A stretch of 64,000 nt of DNA from positions 389 to 64,388 of the forward strand of contig JAZKGW010000034.1 in the NCBI GenBank assembly GCA_040385685.1, in the 5' to 3' direction. Within the stretch, counting starts at the first letter, position 1. Each line of letters starts with the position of its first letter. The notes below the pieces were generated by a model, which worked only from the letters and a program-made list of their open reading frames with translations, was not told where the DNA came from and did no database searches. The position numbers and the translations under genes were made by a program. Shown here in pieces: positions 20,959-31,788 of this stretch. The DNA comes from Verrucomicrobiota bacterium (GTDB lineage: Bacteria > Verrucomicrobiota > Verrucomicrobiia > Verrucomicrobiales > Akkermansiaceae).

Positions 20959-22362
20959 CTAAATCTTGCAGCCGAAGAACCGGCGCTTGACGACGAGATC
21001 CGAGACGCCCGCCGGGACCATTTCCTTCCATGCCTCGTCACCGGCGGCGATCTTCTTCAGCACGTCGCGCGAGAAGATGCTGAGGTATTCGGGCTTGAAA
21101 TTGTCCAGCGCCACGAAACTTCCGCGGTCTGCGAGGTAGCCATAGAGTTTCCGCAGTTCGGGCGCGACCTCGAGGTTGTCGATGGTGGTCAGCTCGCCGG
21201 TTGCGCCGTTCTTGAGCGGATAGACGTAGAGCTTGAGATCGTTTTTGAAGAGCCGCCCGAACGACTCGAGGATCCCGCCGGGGAGCTGGGTGTAGTATTT
21301 TTCCTCGAACAACTCGATCAAGCTCGGTGCTCCCAGCACGATTCCTATCCGTTCCTTCGTCCGCCACGAGATGTAGGCGGCGAGGCGGTAATACTCGAAG
21401 TAGTCGGAGATGAGCACCGTCATCCCGCAGGCGGCTAACAGGTCAGCGCGGGCGAGGAAGTCCCGGCGGTCCACCTCATCGCCGCCGTTGAGCAGATTGC
21501 GCATGGTGAGTTCGAACAACGGCAGGACTTCTTTCCCTTGCACCGCAGGGTCCGCGCGGAATTTCTCCAACGCACATTGCAGCATGTCGAAATTCACATG
21601 AGTCGGCGGACGGAAACTGCCGCGCTCGACGAGCACGGCCTTCTTGTAAAGCACCTCGGATGGCTGCAAGACGTCGCCATCCGCGCCGAACATCGCCGCG
21701 CCGCTCAACCCTAACTGCACGAGCTTCAGGCTGACCAACCGGTTGTCCACCGCCCGGAACTCGATGCCCTTGAACTCGATCACGTCGATCTCGACGCGCC
21801 CGGTGGTCAACTTGTCCAGCAGGCTCTCGACTAACAAGTCCGGTTCGTGATGGAGGAAGAACGCGCCGTAGAGCAGGTTCACGCCGACCACGCCGAGCGC
21901 TTCCTGTTGGAGCGACGCCTCGGTATCGAGCATCCGGACATGGATGAGGATCTGGCTCGGCTCGTCGCGCGGGCGGGATTGGAATTTTACGCCCATCCAG
22001 CCGTGGCACTCGTTGCCGCCCTTGAAACTGCGGGCCACCACCGTGTCGGCGAAGGCGAAGAACGCGGTGCTGTCGCCGCGCTTGTCGCTGAGTCGCTCGA
22101 CGTTGAGCAGGAACTCGCGGTCGAGCATCGCCTGCAACCGCGAGCGCGAAACGTAGCGGTTTCCGCCGCCGTAGATCGCGTCGCTGACGATCATATCGTA
22201 GGCGGAAATGCTTTTCGCCACCGTCCCAGCCGCCGCGCCGACGCGGAAAAACCAGCGCACCACCTCCTGGCCGGCGCCGATTTCCGCCAGCGTCCCGTAC
22301 CACCGCGGGTCGAGGTTGATCTTGAGAGCCTTGTGGTGGGTATCCAGTTCCGCTTCCTTCAT
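20959..22362 (-). CDS. Conserved protein of unknown function, nucleotidyltransferase-like C-terminal domain
   Basis: YGTLAEIGAGQEVVRWFF, AKSISAYDM, VERGSFRPPTHVN (degenerate HxGH-type motif). Confidence 0.7.
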   Translation of the reverse strand: MKEAELDTHHKALKINLDPRWYGTLAEIGAGQEVVRWFFRVGAAAGTVAKSISAYDMIVSDAIYGGGNRYVSRSRLQAMLDREFLLNVERLSDKRGDSTAFFAFADTVVARSFKGGNECHGWMGVKFQSRPRDEPSQILIHVRMLDTEASLQQEALGVVGVNLLYGAFFLHHEPDLLVESLLDKLTTGRVEIDVIEFKGIEFRAVDNRLVSLKLVQLGLSGAAMFGADGDVLQPSEVLYKKAVLVERGSFRPPTHVNFDMLQCALEKFRADPAVQGKEVLPLFELTMRNLLNGGDEVDRRDFLARADLLAACGMTVLISDYFEYYRLAAYISWRTKERIGIVLGAPSLIELFEEKYYTQLPGGILESFGRLFKNDLKLYVYPLKNGATGELTTIDNLEVAPELRKLYGYLADRGSFVALDNFKPEYLSIFSRDVLKKIAAGDEAWKEMVPAGVSDLVVKRRFFGCKI

Positions 22363-22412
22363 GCCGCCGGTTCCAGCATGAATCGAGCCAGATCACCCGG
22401 CGGGCTGCCGGC

Positions 22413-23048
22413 TCACGGCGAGAGCCGGTCTATCTTCCAATCGCCACCCTCGCGCTGATAGAGGAAACGGTCGTGAAGTCGCGCGGGGCCACCTTGCCAG
22501 AACTCGATCATCTGCGGGACGACCCGGTAGCCGCCCCAGAACGAGGGCAGGGGGATTTCGCCGTGGGAGAATTTGTCCTTAATCTCGGCGAGCTTCTGCA
22601 TCAGGAATTTCCGCGAGGTGATCACTTCGCTCTGGTTGGAAACCCACGCGCCGATCTGCGATTCGCGCGGCCGGGAGGCAAAGTATTTCAACGACTCGGC
22701 AGTGCTGATCTTCTCGACGGTGCCTTGGATGATGACTTGGCGCTCGAGGGTGATCCACGGGAACAGCAGGCAGACCCGCGGGTTGTGCTCCATCTGTTTT
22801 GCCTTGCGGCTGCCGTAGTTGGTGAAGAACACGAAGCCGGCGATGTCATAGTATTTCAAGAGCACGGTGCGCTGATAGGGCATGCCGGTCTCATCCACGG
22901 TGGCGAGCGTCATGGCGTTCGGCTCGTGGAGGCCGAGTTCGGTGGCTTGCGAAAACCACTGGGAAAACTGGGCGACCGGATCGGCGTCCATTTCCTCGCG
23001 CTTCAAGCCACGGTCGGAATACTCTTTGCGGAATTCGGCAAGATCCAT
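22413..23048 (-). CDS. pdxH: Pyridoxamine 5'-phosphate oxidase
   Basis: [45 protein letters not shown]. Confidence 0.95.
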   Translation of the reverse strand: MDLAEFRKEYSDRGLKREEMDADPVAQFSQWFSQATELGLHEPNAMTLATVDETGMPYQRTVLLKYYDIAGFVFFTNYGSRKAKQMEHNPRVCLLFPWITLERQVIIQGTVEKISTAESLKYFASRPRESQIGAWVSNQSEVITSRKFLMQKLAEIKDKFSHGEIPLPSFWGGYRVVPQMIEFWQGGPARLHDRFLYQREGGDWKIDRLSP

Positions 23049-23106
23049 GGCCAATCCGTAGTCCCCGGGCGGCGGATGCGCAAGGCTATCAACCGCTGGT
23101 GAAAAA

Positions 23107-23976
23107 CTAACCGGCCCCTTGCCGCAGCCGGTAATTCCGCGGGGAAAGACCGGTGACTTTCGTGAACTGCCGGGTGAAGTAGTTGCTGTCGTTGAAGCCG
23201 ACGTCGAAGGCAATTTCGGTCACCCGGCGGTCGCTGTGACGCAGCAGGCTGCATGCGCGGTTGATTCGCTGGCCGATCACCCAAGCGAGCGGGGAGGTGC
23301 CGGTCGCCGATTGGAAAACCCGCAGGAAGCTGCGCTGGGACATGTGGGCGATGCTGGCCAATTCCTCCAGATTCACCTCGCGGTGGATGTTGCGCTCCAG
23401 ATGCGACAGTGCCTCGCCAACCCTCAGCAACGCCTTGCCATCCGGCGACGGACTGCCGCTGTAGCAGCGTGATAGTTGCCCGATGATCTGCATGAACGCC
23501 GCCATCGCCATGAAGCCGAAGCCGGGTTCCCGGGCTTTCAACTCGAACTCCAGTCGGTCTGTTAGCTCGATGATTTGGGCCATTTCCTTGCCATTCAAAT
23601 GGAGCCTCCCCTTGGTCGGTTGGCGATTCCGCCGCGACGGTTCGAGCGTGAACAACGCATGGTAGCCGGCCACTGAGGGCAAATCGAGCAGTCCCATCTT
23701 GAGCCGACTCGGCTGATAGAGGATGTTCACCAGTCGCAGGTTTTCAAGGTCGCGGTATTCGTGTTCCCGGGGGCCGGCGATGACGAACACGTCGCCGGCC
23801 GTCAGTTCCCAGGAGTCCTGCCCGGTCACGTGCAGGCATTTTCCGCCGGTCACGATCACCAGTTCCTCGAATTCGTGGGCGTGGGGTTCGAAGAGTTCCT
23901 GCGGTTCCCGCCGTTCCACGCTGATGGGGAAGCCGTCGGGGTGGAACCATTCGTCGATTTTGAGGATGCGCTTCAC
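23107..23976 (-). CDS. AraC-family regulator (RhaS/RhaR-like), divergent from rhaA
   Basis: Cupin [13 protein letters not shown]-terminal [13 protein letters not shown]; GTG start re-called. Confidence 0.9.
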   Translation of the reverse strand: MKRILKIDEWFHPDGFPISVERREPQELFEPHAHEFEELVIVTGGKCLHVTGQDSWELTAGDVFVIAGPREHEYRDLENLRLVNILYQPSRLKMGLLDLPSVAGYHALFTLEPSRRNRQPTKGRLHLNGKEMAQIIELTDRLEFELKAREPGFGFMAMAAFMQIIGQLSRCYSGSPSPDGKALLRVGEALSHLERNIHREVNLEELASIAHMSQRSFLRVFQSATGTSPLAWVIGQRINRACSLLRHSDRRVTEIAFDVGFNDSNYFTRQFTKVTGLSPRNYRLRQGAG

Positions 23977-24070
23977 TGGCTGGATCGTGCTTGTTTTTGG
24001 CCAAACAGTGGAGGTTTTTCTGCGGGTTTCCATGCAGACTGGCCGCGCTTCTTTGGAAAAACCCTCTGCC

Positions 24071-25339
24071 ATGGCCAAATCCTCAAAATCCATCTCCCAG
24101 TCCTACAAGCTCGCCCAAGCCCAATACGCCGAGCTCGGTGTCGATACCGATGCCGCGATGGCCAAGCTCGCGACCATCCCGATTTCCCTGCACTGCTGGC
24201 AGGGTGACGACGTCGGCGGCTTTGAGAATACCGGCGAAGGCCTCAGCGGCGGGATCGCGGTGACCGGTAACTATCCAGGGAAGGCCCGCACGCCGGATGA
24301 GCTCCGTGCGGATTTGGAAAAAGCGCTGTCACTCATTCCCGGCAAGCACCGGCTGAATCTCCACGCGTTCTACGGCGAGTTCGGCGGCAAAAAGGTCGAC
24401 CGCAACGAAATCAAGCCGGAGCATTTCGCCAACTGGATCGCATGGGCGGGAACTAACGGTTTGGGGATGGATTTCAATCCCACCTGTTTCGCCCACCCGA
24501 AGGCGGCGGACGGCTTCACCTTGTCCCACCCGAAAAAAGCAATCCGCGATTTCTGGATCGACCACTGCATTGCCTCCCGCGAGATCGGTGCGGCGATGGG
24601 CAAAGCGCTCGGCTCGCCGACGGTGACCAACGTTTGGGTTCCCGATGGCTACAAGGACACGCCGGTGGACCGGCTCGCTCCGCGGCAACGTCTATCCGAT
24701 TCTTTGGACAAGGTTTTCGCGAAAAAGCTCAACCCGAAGCACCATCTTGACGCGGTCGAGTGCAAGCTGTTCGGGATCGGCAGCGAGAGTTATGTGGTCG
24801 GCTCGCATGAGTTTTACATGGGCTATGCGATCAAGAACCAGAAGCTGCTCTGTCTCGACGCCGGCCATTTCCACCCGACGGAAGGCATCGCCGACAAGTT
24901 GAGCTCCGTCCTGATGTATGTTCCGGAAATTCTTCTGCACGTCAGCCGCGGCGTCCGTTGGGACAGCGACCATGTCGTCATCCTCGACGACGCGCTGCAA
25001 TCGATCGCCGCCGAACTGGTGCGCAACAAACTGCTAGGCCGCACCCACATCGGCCTGGATTTCTTCGATGCCAGCATCAACCGGATCGCCGCGTGGACGA
25101 TCGGCACCCGCAACACGCTCAAGGCGCTGTTGATGGCGCTGCTGGAGCCGTCCGCCCTTCGCGAGGCCGAAAAATCCGGCGACTACACGTCCCGCCTGGC
25201 GCTGATGGAGGAGTCCAAGAGCCTGCCGTGGGCCGCCGTTTGGGACGCCTACTGCGAGCAGCAAAACGTGCCGGCAGGCACGGCTTGGCTCGATGAAGTG
25301 AAGAGTTACGAAAATGCTGTTTTGAGCAAGAGAGCCTGA
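24071..25339 (+). CDS. rhaA: L-rhamnose isomerase
   Basis: [61 protein letters not shown]. Confidence 0.96.
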   Translation: MAKSSKSISQSYKLAQAQYAELGVDTDAAMAKLATIPISLHCWQGDDVGGFENTGEGLSGGIAVTGNYPGKARTPDELRADLEKALSLIPGKHRLNLHAFYGEFGGKKVDRNEIKPEHFANWIAWAGTNGLGMDFNPTCFAHPKAADGFTLSHPKKAIRDFWIDHCIASREIGAAMGKALGSPTVTNVWVPDGYKDTPVDRLAPRQRLSDSLDKVFAKKLNPKHHLDAVECKLFGIGSESYVVGSHEFYMGYAIKNQKLLCLDAGHFHPTEGIADKLSSVLMYVPEILLHVSRGVRWDSDHVVILDDALQSIAAELVRNKLLGRTHIGLDFFDASINRIAAWTIGTRNTLKALLMALLEPSALREAEKSGDYTSRLALMEESKSLPWAAVWDAYCEQQNVPAGTAWLDEVKSYENAVLSKRA

Positions 25340-25358
25340 TAAAACCAAGCCCAGCGGT

Positions 25359-26864
25359 TTGAAAACTCTCTTACAACTCACCGATATCCGGAAATCCTTC
25401 GGTGCCGTCCGAGCGCTCAAGGGCGTCTCGTTCGAACTCCTGCCCGGAGAAGTCCACGCCTTGTTAGGCGAGAATGGCGCGGGGAAATCCACGCTCATCA
25501 AGGTCATCACGGGAGCTCACCAACCGGACGGCGGCACGCTCGTCGTCGCCGGTGAGGAAGTTTCCCACCTGACTCCCTCCAAGGCTCGCGAGCTCGGGAT
25601 CGCTTGTATTTACCAGCAGCCGGCACTGTTCCCCGATCTAACTGTGGCGGAGAACATCGGCCTGCGTTTGAAAAAGACCGGATTGTTCAGCCGCGTCCGT
25701 TGGGCGAACCAGCGCACGCTAGCCGTTGAGCTGCTTCATCGAATGGGCGCGGAAATTTCACCGGACGCCGAAGTTCGCTCGCTGTCGATGCCCGAGCAAC
25801 AACTCGTGGAAATCGCCTGCGCCCTGGGATCCGGCGCGCGCATCGTTGTCATGGACGAACCGACCGCTTCGTTGACCCAGAAAGAACAACACCTGCTTTT
25901 CAAAGTCGTCCGCGACCTGCGCGCCAGCGGGGTGGGGGTGGTTTACATTTCCCACCGGTTGGAGGAAATCTTCGCCCTCGCCGACCGCGTGACGGTTCTG
26001 CGCGATGGAGAGAGCGTTGGGACCAACGCCGTGGACATTCTAACTGAGGCGGCGATGATCAAGCTGATGGTCGGCCGCGAGGTTTCCTCGATCTATCCGC
26101 CGTCGGAGGGCGAGCCCGGCAAGGTGGTGCTGTCGCTGAACAACCTCGGCTGTGCCGGCAGCGGCGTGAACGGAGTGACGCTCGACGTCAGGGCCGGTGA
26201 AATCGTCGGGATGGCCGGCTTGGTCGGCGCGGGGCGCACGGAGTTGGCCCGAATTCTCTTCGGCATCACCCCGGCGGACTCCGGCGGGATTTCCCTCAAT
26301 GGCGAAAAGATTTCAATCAACAGCCCGCGCGAGGCGATCGCACGAGGCATCGCCTACGTCCCGGAAGACCGCCGTCGCCACGGGGTGATCCTGGAAATGC
26401 CGATCGCCCACAACATGACCATGGCGATCCATCCGAAATTTTTCCCGGGCTCGATTCTGCGGTTCAATGCGGAGAGCCTGTTAGCCAAGGATTTCATCCG
26501 CGATCTCGGCATCAAGGCCTATGGTCCGGATGCCCCCGGCGGCAGCCTGAGTGGCGGCAACCAGCAGAAGGTCAGCGTCGCCCGCTGGCTGGCCACGAAG
26601 CCGAAATTGCTGATCCTCGACGAACCGACGCAAGGTGTCGATGTCGGGGCGAAGAGCGAAATTCACAAAATCATCCGAGGGCTGGCCAAGGACGGTCTAG
26701 CCGTGCTGATGATTTCCAGCGACCTCCCCGAAGTGCTTGGCATGAGCGACCGCGTCGCCGTCATGCGCGGCGGCAAGCTGGTGGAGCTGATTGACAAGGA
26801 ACACGCCGACGCGCACACGGTCATGGCCGCCGCGCTCGGAACCCACGGAAAGGACCCCGCCTGA
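25359..26864 (+). CDS. rhaT: Sugar (rhamnose) ABC transporter ATP-binding protein
   Basis: GENGAGKST, MDEPT, LSGGNQQKV, two NBD halves; TTG start; symbol from context. Confidence 0.88.
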   Translation: MKTLLQLTDIRKSFGAVRALKGVSFELLPGEVHALLGENGAGKSTLIKVITGAHQPDGGTLVVAGEEVSHLTPSKARELGIACIYQQPALFPDLTVAENIGLRLKKTGLFSRVRWANQRTLAVELLHRMGAEISPDAEVRSLSMPEQQLVEIACALGSGARIVVMDEPTASLTQKEQHLLFKVVRDLRASGVGVVYISHRLEEIFALADRVTVLRDGESVGTNAVDILTEAAMIKLMVGREVSSIYPPSEGEPGKVVLSLNNLGCAGSGVNGVTLDVRAGEIVGMAGLVGAGRTELARILFGITPADSGGISLNGEKISINSPREAIARGIAYVPEDRRRHGVILEMPIAHNMTMAIHPKFFPGSILRFNAESLLAKDFIRDLGIKAYGPDAPGGSLSGGNQQKVSVARWLATKPKLLILDEPTQGVDVGAKSEIHKIIRGLAKDGLAVLMISSDLPEVLGMSDRVAVMRGGKLVELIDKEHADAHTVMAAALGTHGKDPA

Positions 26865-27793
26865 TGAACAAGTATTTCCGCGAACTCACGGTCGCCGCAG
26901 CGCTCCTTCTGCTGATGTTAGGACTTGCCGTCATCGCACCACACTTCTTCCAAATCCAGCCGCTCATTTCGCGGCTCACCTCGCAGATGCCCGCGCTGAT
27001 CCTGGCGATCGGCGTAGCGCTCGTCATCATTTCGCGGCAGATCGACATTTCGATCGGCGCGCAGTTCAGCATGTGTGCGATCATTGCCGGTGTCACCGCG
27101 GCGTCGGGTCTGCCGCTGGGCGTAGCGATTTTCGCAGCGCTCGGCGCCGGTGCCCTGATGGGCGCGCTCAACGGCGTGCTCGTCGCCTGGCTCGGGCTGC
27201 CCAGCATCGTGGTCACGCTGGCGACCATGGTCACCTGGCAGGAAGCCTTGCGCCTCTGGCAGCAAGGTCGTTTGTTGCCGCTTCCCTCGGGCATCCAATG
27301 GTTCGGCCTCAGCCAGCCGGCCGGTCAAGCGGTGGTGATCTCACTGACTTTCATACTCCTGATAGGCGCGGCGTGGGCGATGAAGAATCTATCCGCCGGG
27401 CGTTACGTTTACGCGACCGGCACCGATGCCGAGGCCGCGCGTCTCGCCGGCATCGATCCCAAGCGCACGACCTTCGGTGTGTTCGTCCTGATGGGAATCC
27501 TCGCGGGACTTGCCGCTGTATTCAATATGGTCCAGTCGCCGCAGGTCCAGCCGAATGCCGGTGACGGCCTGGACCTCAAGGCGATCGCCGCCGCCGTCGT
27601 CGGCGGCGTGGCGATCAGCGGCGGCCGCGGCACGCTGTGGGGTGTGTTGTTAGGAATGCTGCTGCTCGCCAACGTGAACCCGGCCCTCACTCATTTCCAC
27701 CAACCGCCCTATTGGGAGAAAGCCATCCAAGGCCTCGTGATCCTGCTCGCGGTCGTGGCCGACGGACTTCGCAGCCGGAAAAACAAACCCTAA
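26864..27793 (+). CDS. rhaP: Rhamnose ABC transporter permease
   Basis: IDISIG, GLPSIVVTL, AVVGGVAISGGRG; symbol from context. Confidence 0.82.
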   Translation: MNKYFRELTVAAALLLLMLGLAVIAPHFFQIQPLISRLTSQMPALILAIGVALVIISRQIDISIGAQFSMCAIIAGVTAASGLPLGVAIFAALGAGALMGALNGVLVAWLGLPSIVVTLATMVTWQEALRLWQQGRLLPLPSGIQWFGLSQPAGQAVVISLTFILLIGAAWAMKNLSAGRYVYATGTDAEAARLAGIDPKRTTFGVFVLMGILAGLAAVFNMVQSPQVQPNAGDGLDLKAIAAAVVGGVAISGGRGTLWGVLLGMLLLANVNPALTHFHQPPYWEKAIQGLVILLAVVADGLRSRKNKP

Positions 27794-27798
27794 CCGCC

Positions 27799-28851
27799 AT
27801 GTCCAGCCCACGGTCATTTTCCATCAAATCCCTGCTCGCCCGCCATGAGGCGGTGCTGGTGCTGGTGATCCTCGTCGAGGTGGTTCTCTTCCAAGTGCTG
27901 GGAAGAAATTTCCTGGTTGGCAGAAACATTTCCAACGTCTTCCGCCACTCGGTGGAAATCGGCCTTCTCGCAGTCGCGATGACGCCGGTGATTCTGACGG
28001 GCGGGATTGATCTATCAGTGGGCTCGATGATGGGACTGTGCGCCGTTTTGTTCGGCATGATGGTCAACAACCTAGGGCTCGATCCGTGGGTCGCCGGACT
28101 CGCGGCCGTTGCCTTTGGAGCGCTGGGTGGCGGCGTCAATGCCGTGCTGATCACCCGCCTGAACCTCCCGCCGCTGATCGTCACCCTCGGTACCTTTTCG
28201 CTTTTCCGGGGACTCGCCGAAGCCCTCACCAAGGGTGCGGAATCCTATTCCAATTTTTCCCCGTCGTTCCTGGCCCTGGGAAATGCCAACATCGCCGGAC
28301 TGCCCGCGCAAATCTGGGTGTTCTTCGCGGTCGCCGCCGGAATCTGGGTGATGGTCCATCACACGACGTTCGGCCGCTCGTTCCGTGCGATCGGGTTTTC
28401 GCCGGAAGGCGCGCGTTATGCGGGCATCCCCGTTGCCCGCAACACCAGCCTCGCCTACGTCATCGCCGGTGCCGTCGCCGGTCTCGCCGCAGTGATCCTC
28501 ATTTCCCGGTTAGGCGAAGCTCGCGCGAACGCGGGGATCGGCTACGAGCTTCTCGCGATCACCGCGGTCGTGCTCGGCGGCGTCAGCATTTTCGGGGGTT
28601 CCGGCACCGTGGCCGGCACTTTGTTAGGCTGGGTCGCGCTCGCCATCCTCAACAATGGCCTCACCCGCATCTCCGACTACCGGATCATGGAGCAGCCCGT
28701 GGCCAGCGTCGCCCGGGAATTGTCCGGCCTGCTGACCGGCCTGCTGCTGCTCGCCGCCCTCGCCATCGGTGCCACGACAAAAACGCTCGCCGTCCGCCGC
28801 GCGCGCAAGCAATCTCTTTCTAAATCCACCTCAAATCCAGCCACCTCATGA
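27799..28851 (+). CDS. rhaQ: Rhamnose ABC transporter permease
   Basis: GGIDLSVGS, LPPLIVTLGT, GYELLAITAVVLGG; symbol from context. Confidence 0.82.
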   Translation: MSSPRSFSIKSLLARHEAVLVLVILVEVVLFQVLGRNFLVGRNISNVFRHSVEIGLLAVAMTPVILTGGIDLSVGSMMGLCAVLFGMMVNNLGLDPWVAGLAAVAFGALGGGVNAVLITRLNLPPLIVTLGTFSLFRGLAEALTKGAESYSNFSPSFLALGNANIAGLPAQIWVFFAVAAGIWVMVHHTTFGRSFRAIGFSPEGARYAGIPVARNTSLAYVIAGAVAGLAAVILISRLGEARANAGIGYELLAITAVVLGGVSIFGGSGTVAGTLLGWVALAILNNGLTRISDYRIMEQPVASVARELSGLLTGLLLLAALAIGATTKTLAVRRARKQSLSKSTSNPATS

Positions 28852-29837
28852 AACGCAAAACCTTCGTCGCCGCCCTGGCCCTGCTCGCCACGCTTCCGTT
28901 CATTTCCTGCAGCAAGTCGGAATCGAAAAACAAGCTCACCATCGCCCTGCTGCCCAAGAGCAAGGGAAACCAATATTTCGTCACTTGTGAGAAAGGCGCC
29001 CGCATCGCCGCTGCAGAACTCAATGCCGACCTCAAGTTCGATGGCCCGATCAACTCCGATCCCGCCAAGCAAAATGAGATCGTCGAGAATTGGATCACCG
29101 ATGGTGTGGACGTGATTGTCGCCTCCTGCGAAAACAAGGATTCGATTTCCACCGCATTGAAGAAGGCTCAATCCGCCGGCATCAAGGTCGTGACATTCGA
29201 TGCCGACGCCCAGACCGACGCCCGCTCGTTCTTCGTAAACCAAGCGACTCCGCAAGGCATCGGCGAGCAACTCATCGACACCGCCGCCTCTCTAACTGGA
29301 GGCGAAGGTGAGTTCGCCATCATCACCGGGACGCTTACCGCCGCCAACCTCAACGAGTGGATCAAATACATCAAGGCCCGCCAGGCGAGCGCCTATCCGA
29401 AAATGAAGCTGGTGGACATCAAACCCTGCGACGACCAGAAGGACAAGGCCCAGCAGGAAGCCACCAATCTCCTCAGCGCCTATCCGAATTTGAAAGCGAT
29501 CATCGGCGTCTGCTCGCCCTCCGTTCCCGGAGCTGCCGAGGCAGTAAAACAAGCCGGCAAGACCGGCGCGGTGAAGGTCGTCGGCCTCGGCTTGCCGAGT
29601 GAAAACAAAGCCTACGTCAAGGAAGGCGTCACCCAGGCCGTGATCCTTTGGAACGTCGAGGAGTTAGGCTATCTCTCCGTCATGGCCGGTGCTGCTGTCG
29701 CGAAAGGCGAGTTGGTCGCGGGTGCCAAGGAGTTCAAAGCTGGTAAACTCGGTGCCAAGGGCATCGAAGGCGACAACATCATCCTCGGCAAACCCTTCGT
29801 CTTCACCAAGGAGAATATCGACAAGTTCGATTTCTAA
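28848..29837 (+). CDS. Rhamnose ABC transporter substrate-binding lipoprotein
   Basis: Lipobox FISC, PKSKGNQYF, VGLGLPSE, ILWNVEELG. Confidence 0.88.
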   Translation: MKRKTFVAALALLATLPFISCSKSESKNKLTIALLPKSKGNQYFVTCEKGARIAAAELNADLKFDGPINSDPAKQNEIVENWITDGVDVIVASCENKDSISTALKKAQSAGIKVVTFDADAQTDARSFFVNQATPQGIGEQLIDTAASLTGGEGEFAIITGTLTAANLNEWIKYIKARQASAYPKMKLVDIKPCDDQKDKAQQEATNLLSAYPNLKAIIGVCSPSVPGAAEAVKQAGKTGAVKVVGLGLPSENKAYVKEGVTQAVILWNVEELGYLSVMAGAAVAKGELVAGAKEFKAGKLGAKGIEGDNIILGKPFVFTKENIDKFDF

Positions 29838-29855
29838 CTCCCTGGTTCCTGAAGT

Positions 29856-31568
29856 CTAGCGGATCGTTTCCTTGTGGATCACCTCATCCCAAGACTTGAT
29901 CCCGATGGTCTTCAAATACGGCGCGGCGATGGCATCTTCCGTCGGCGTGCCGAGCGCTTGATAGAGTGACCAGATCGGTTTCTTGCCGAGCGGATCACCG
30001 GGTTCATCGGGGAATTTACGCAGGCCGATCTTGAGTCCGCCTTCGCCACGGTTGTCGATCCAGTTGTGGTATTGCCACGATTCGATGGATGAGAGTTTGG
30101 CTATTTTCTTCCATGCCAGCGCCATGCCGGCGGCTTGGTCATCCAGTTCCATGCGGGAATAGTTTTTCGAATTGAAGCCGTTTTCTGATAGATGAACGGG
30201 CCGGCCTTTTCCCTGATAGAGCAGCGCGGGCTGTTTCATGTAGGCATCGAGCACTTCGAGGTTTTTCGGCGTGATCATTTTGCTTTCAAAGCTGAAGGTG
30301 GCTTCCTTGTCCTCCCAAGTCTGCGGGTTGAACAGGTCCTGCGGGTACGGGTGATAGGCGAGAGCCCACGGGAAATCTCCTTCCGCTCGCGTGAATTGTA
30401 CCAGTAGATCGATCAGCCGTTTTGATCCGTACCAGCGCTGGTCGCCGGGGCCCGCCCAGAAATGGGTGAGGGAGATGAAGGTGCGGCTGTTAGGATCGTA
30501 TTGGCGCGCGATCAGGTCCATGAGGCGCATCGAACGTTGGTAGAGGTCGAGGTAAGTGAGGGCCTCTTTTTCCCCCGCGTTGGTCCACACCCAGCCGGCA
30601 TCGACCTCGTTGTGCATGATCCAGTGGTGGACGCGGCCGTATTTGCCATCCGGGCGCGACCAGCGTTCAGCCATCAGATTGAGAACGGCTCCGTAGAGTG
30701 AAATGCCATCCGCCGAGGTGACATTCGGCATCGCGAAGATGCCTTCGCGAGTGGCATCCGGATGGCCTAGCAGTTTTACCACGGGATTCTCGTACTTGGC
30801 CGGATTGGCGACGAGCAGAATGGCGGACACCATCGCGTGGTGCTTCTGCGCCTCGATGAATGTCGAGTCCAGGGCAGCCAGGGCCTTCTCATTGGAGTAA
30901 TAGGTCCGGCCCTGCCATTGGAACGGCACGGTGTTAGGCCCGGGGGTAAGCGAGATCAGCGTGTGGATCATCACATTCACCGTGACGGCGGAAATGCCGA
31001 GTTCCTCCAGTTCGTTCGGCAGCAGTCCTATGTGCCATCCGCCGAGACCTTTCTTGTTGGCGGGTTTGGCTGCGGGAAGCTGGGGCGAACGGCATGTCAC
31101 CCATTCGGGATAGCGGGCTTTTGATAGAGGCTCGTAACCCGTGCCGGTCTTGCTGACAAGCTGCCAGCGGGATGTGAGCCGGTCATAGTCCAGTCCATCC
31201 CGCAGGCGGTGGCGCGGGACGTCGACCTTGAAACGTCCATCCTGGCCCGCCGTCACCGGGACGAGCGTCTGCAAGATTTGAGGATCACCCACTAGCAGAT
31301 CCATCGGAATATCCGCCAGGAAAAGCTCGCTGAGAATGATGCCCATTTGGCCTTCGATACGGACCCGATCGTTGCTGACGGAAACCTTCGTGATACTGCC
31401 AGAAAACATGCGGTCCATATAAGCCTGCAGCGCTGCCTTCGAAGCGGCAGGGGGCGTCTGGACTTTTGCAGTGTCAGCGGCGGCGATGGAGATCAAGAGC
31501 GGCAGCAGCAGCCATTGTAGCGGCGGTCTGCGACCGTCGTTGTTTTTAAGATGTGGGGTGCGAAACAT
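29856..31568 (-). CDS. DUF5722-like secreted putative glycoside hydrolase
   Basis: Signal peptide, WIMHNEVDAGW, WALAYHPYP, LSENGFNS, HNWIDNRGEGGLKIGLR. Confidence 0.75.
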   Translation of the reverse strand: MFRTPHLKNNDGRRPPLQWLLLPLLISIAAADTAKVQTPPAASKAALQAYMDRMFSGSITKVSVSNDRVRIEGQMGIILSELFLADIPMDLLVGDPQILQTLVPVTAGQDGRFKVDVPRHRLRDGLDYDRLTSRWQLVSKTGTGYEPLSKARYPEWVTCRSPQLPAAKPANKKGLGGWHIGLLPNELEELGISAVTVNVMIHTLISLTPGPNTVPFQWQGRTYYSNEKALAALDSTFIEAQKHHAMVSAILLVANPAKYENPVVKLLGHPDATREGIFAMPNVTSADGISLYGAVLNLMAERWSRPDGKYGRVHHWIMHNEVDAGWVWTNAGEKEALTYLDLYQRSMRLMDLIARQYDPNSRTFISLTHFWAGPGDQRWYGSKRLIDLLVQFTRAEGDFPWALAYHPYPQDLFNPQTWEDKEATFSFESKMITPKNLEVLDAYMKQPALLYQGKGRPVHLSENGFNSKNYSRMELDDQAAGMALAWKKIAKLSSIESWQYHNWIDNRGEGGLKIGLRKFPDEPGDPLGKKPIWSLYQALGTPTEDAIAAPYLKTIGIKSWDEVIHKETIR

Positions 31569-31788
31569 GATGGGTGAAAGAGAAGCGGGATGTGCCGGAG
31601 CCTAACGCAAGGCGGTTTGCCATAACAGGCGAGCGGGGATGAGATTCGTTCCGTTGATTTGCCGAATTCCATGCGGACTCAAAAAACGACGGCCGGGAGG
31701 CAGTTCTTGCATCGGGTGGGGCCGACATCCTCAAACGAACTTTCACGGGGCGCTTGTCGAGTTGGCAGGGTTGGCCTATTTACACCTC

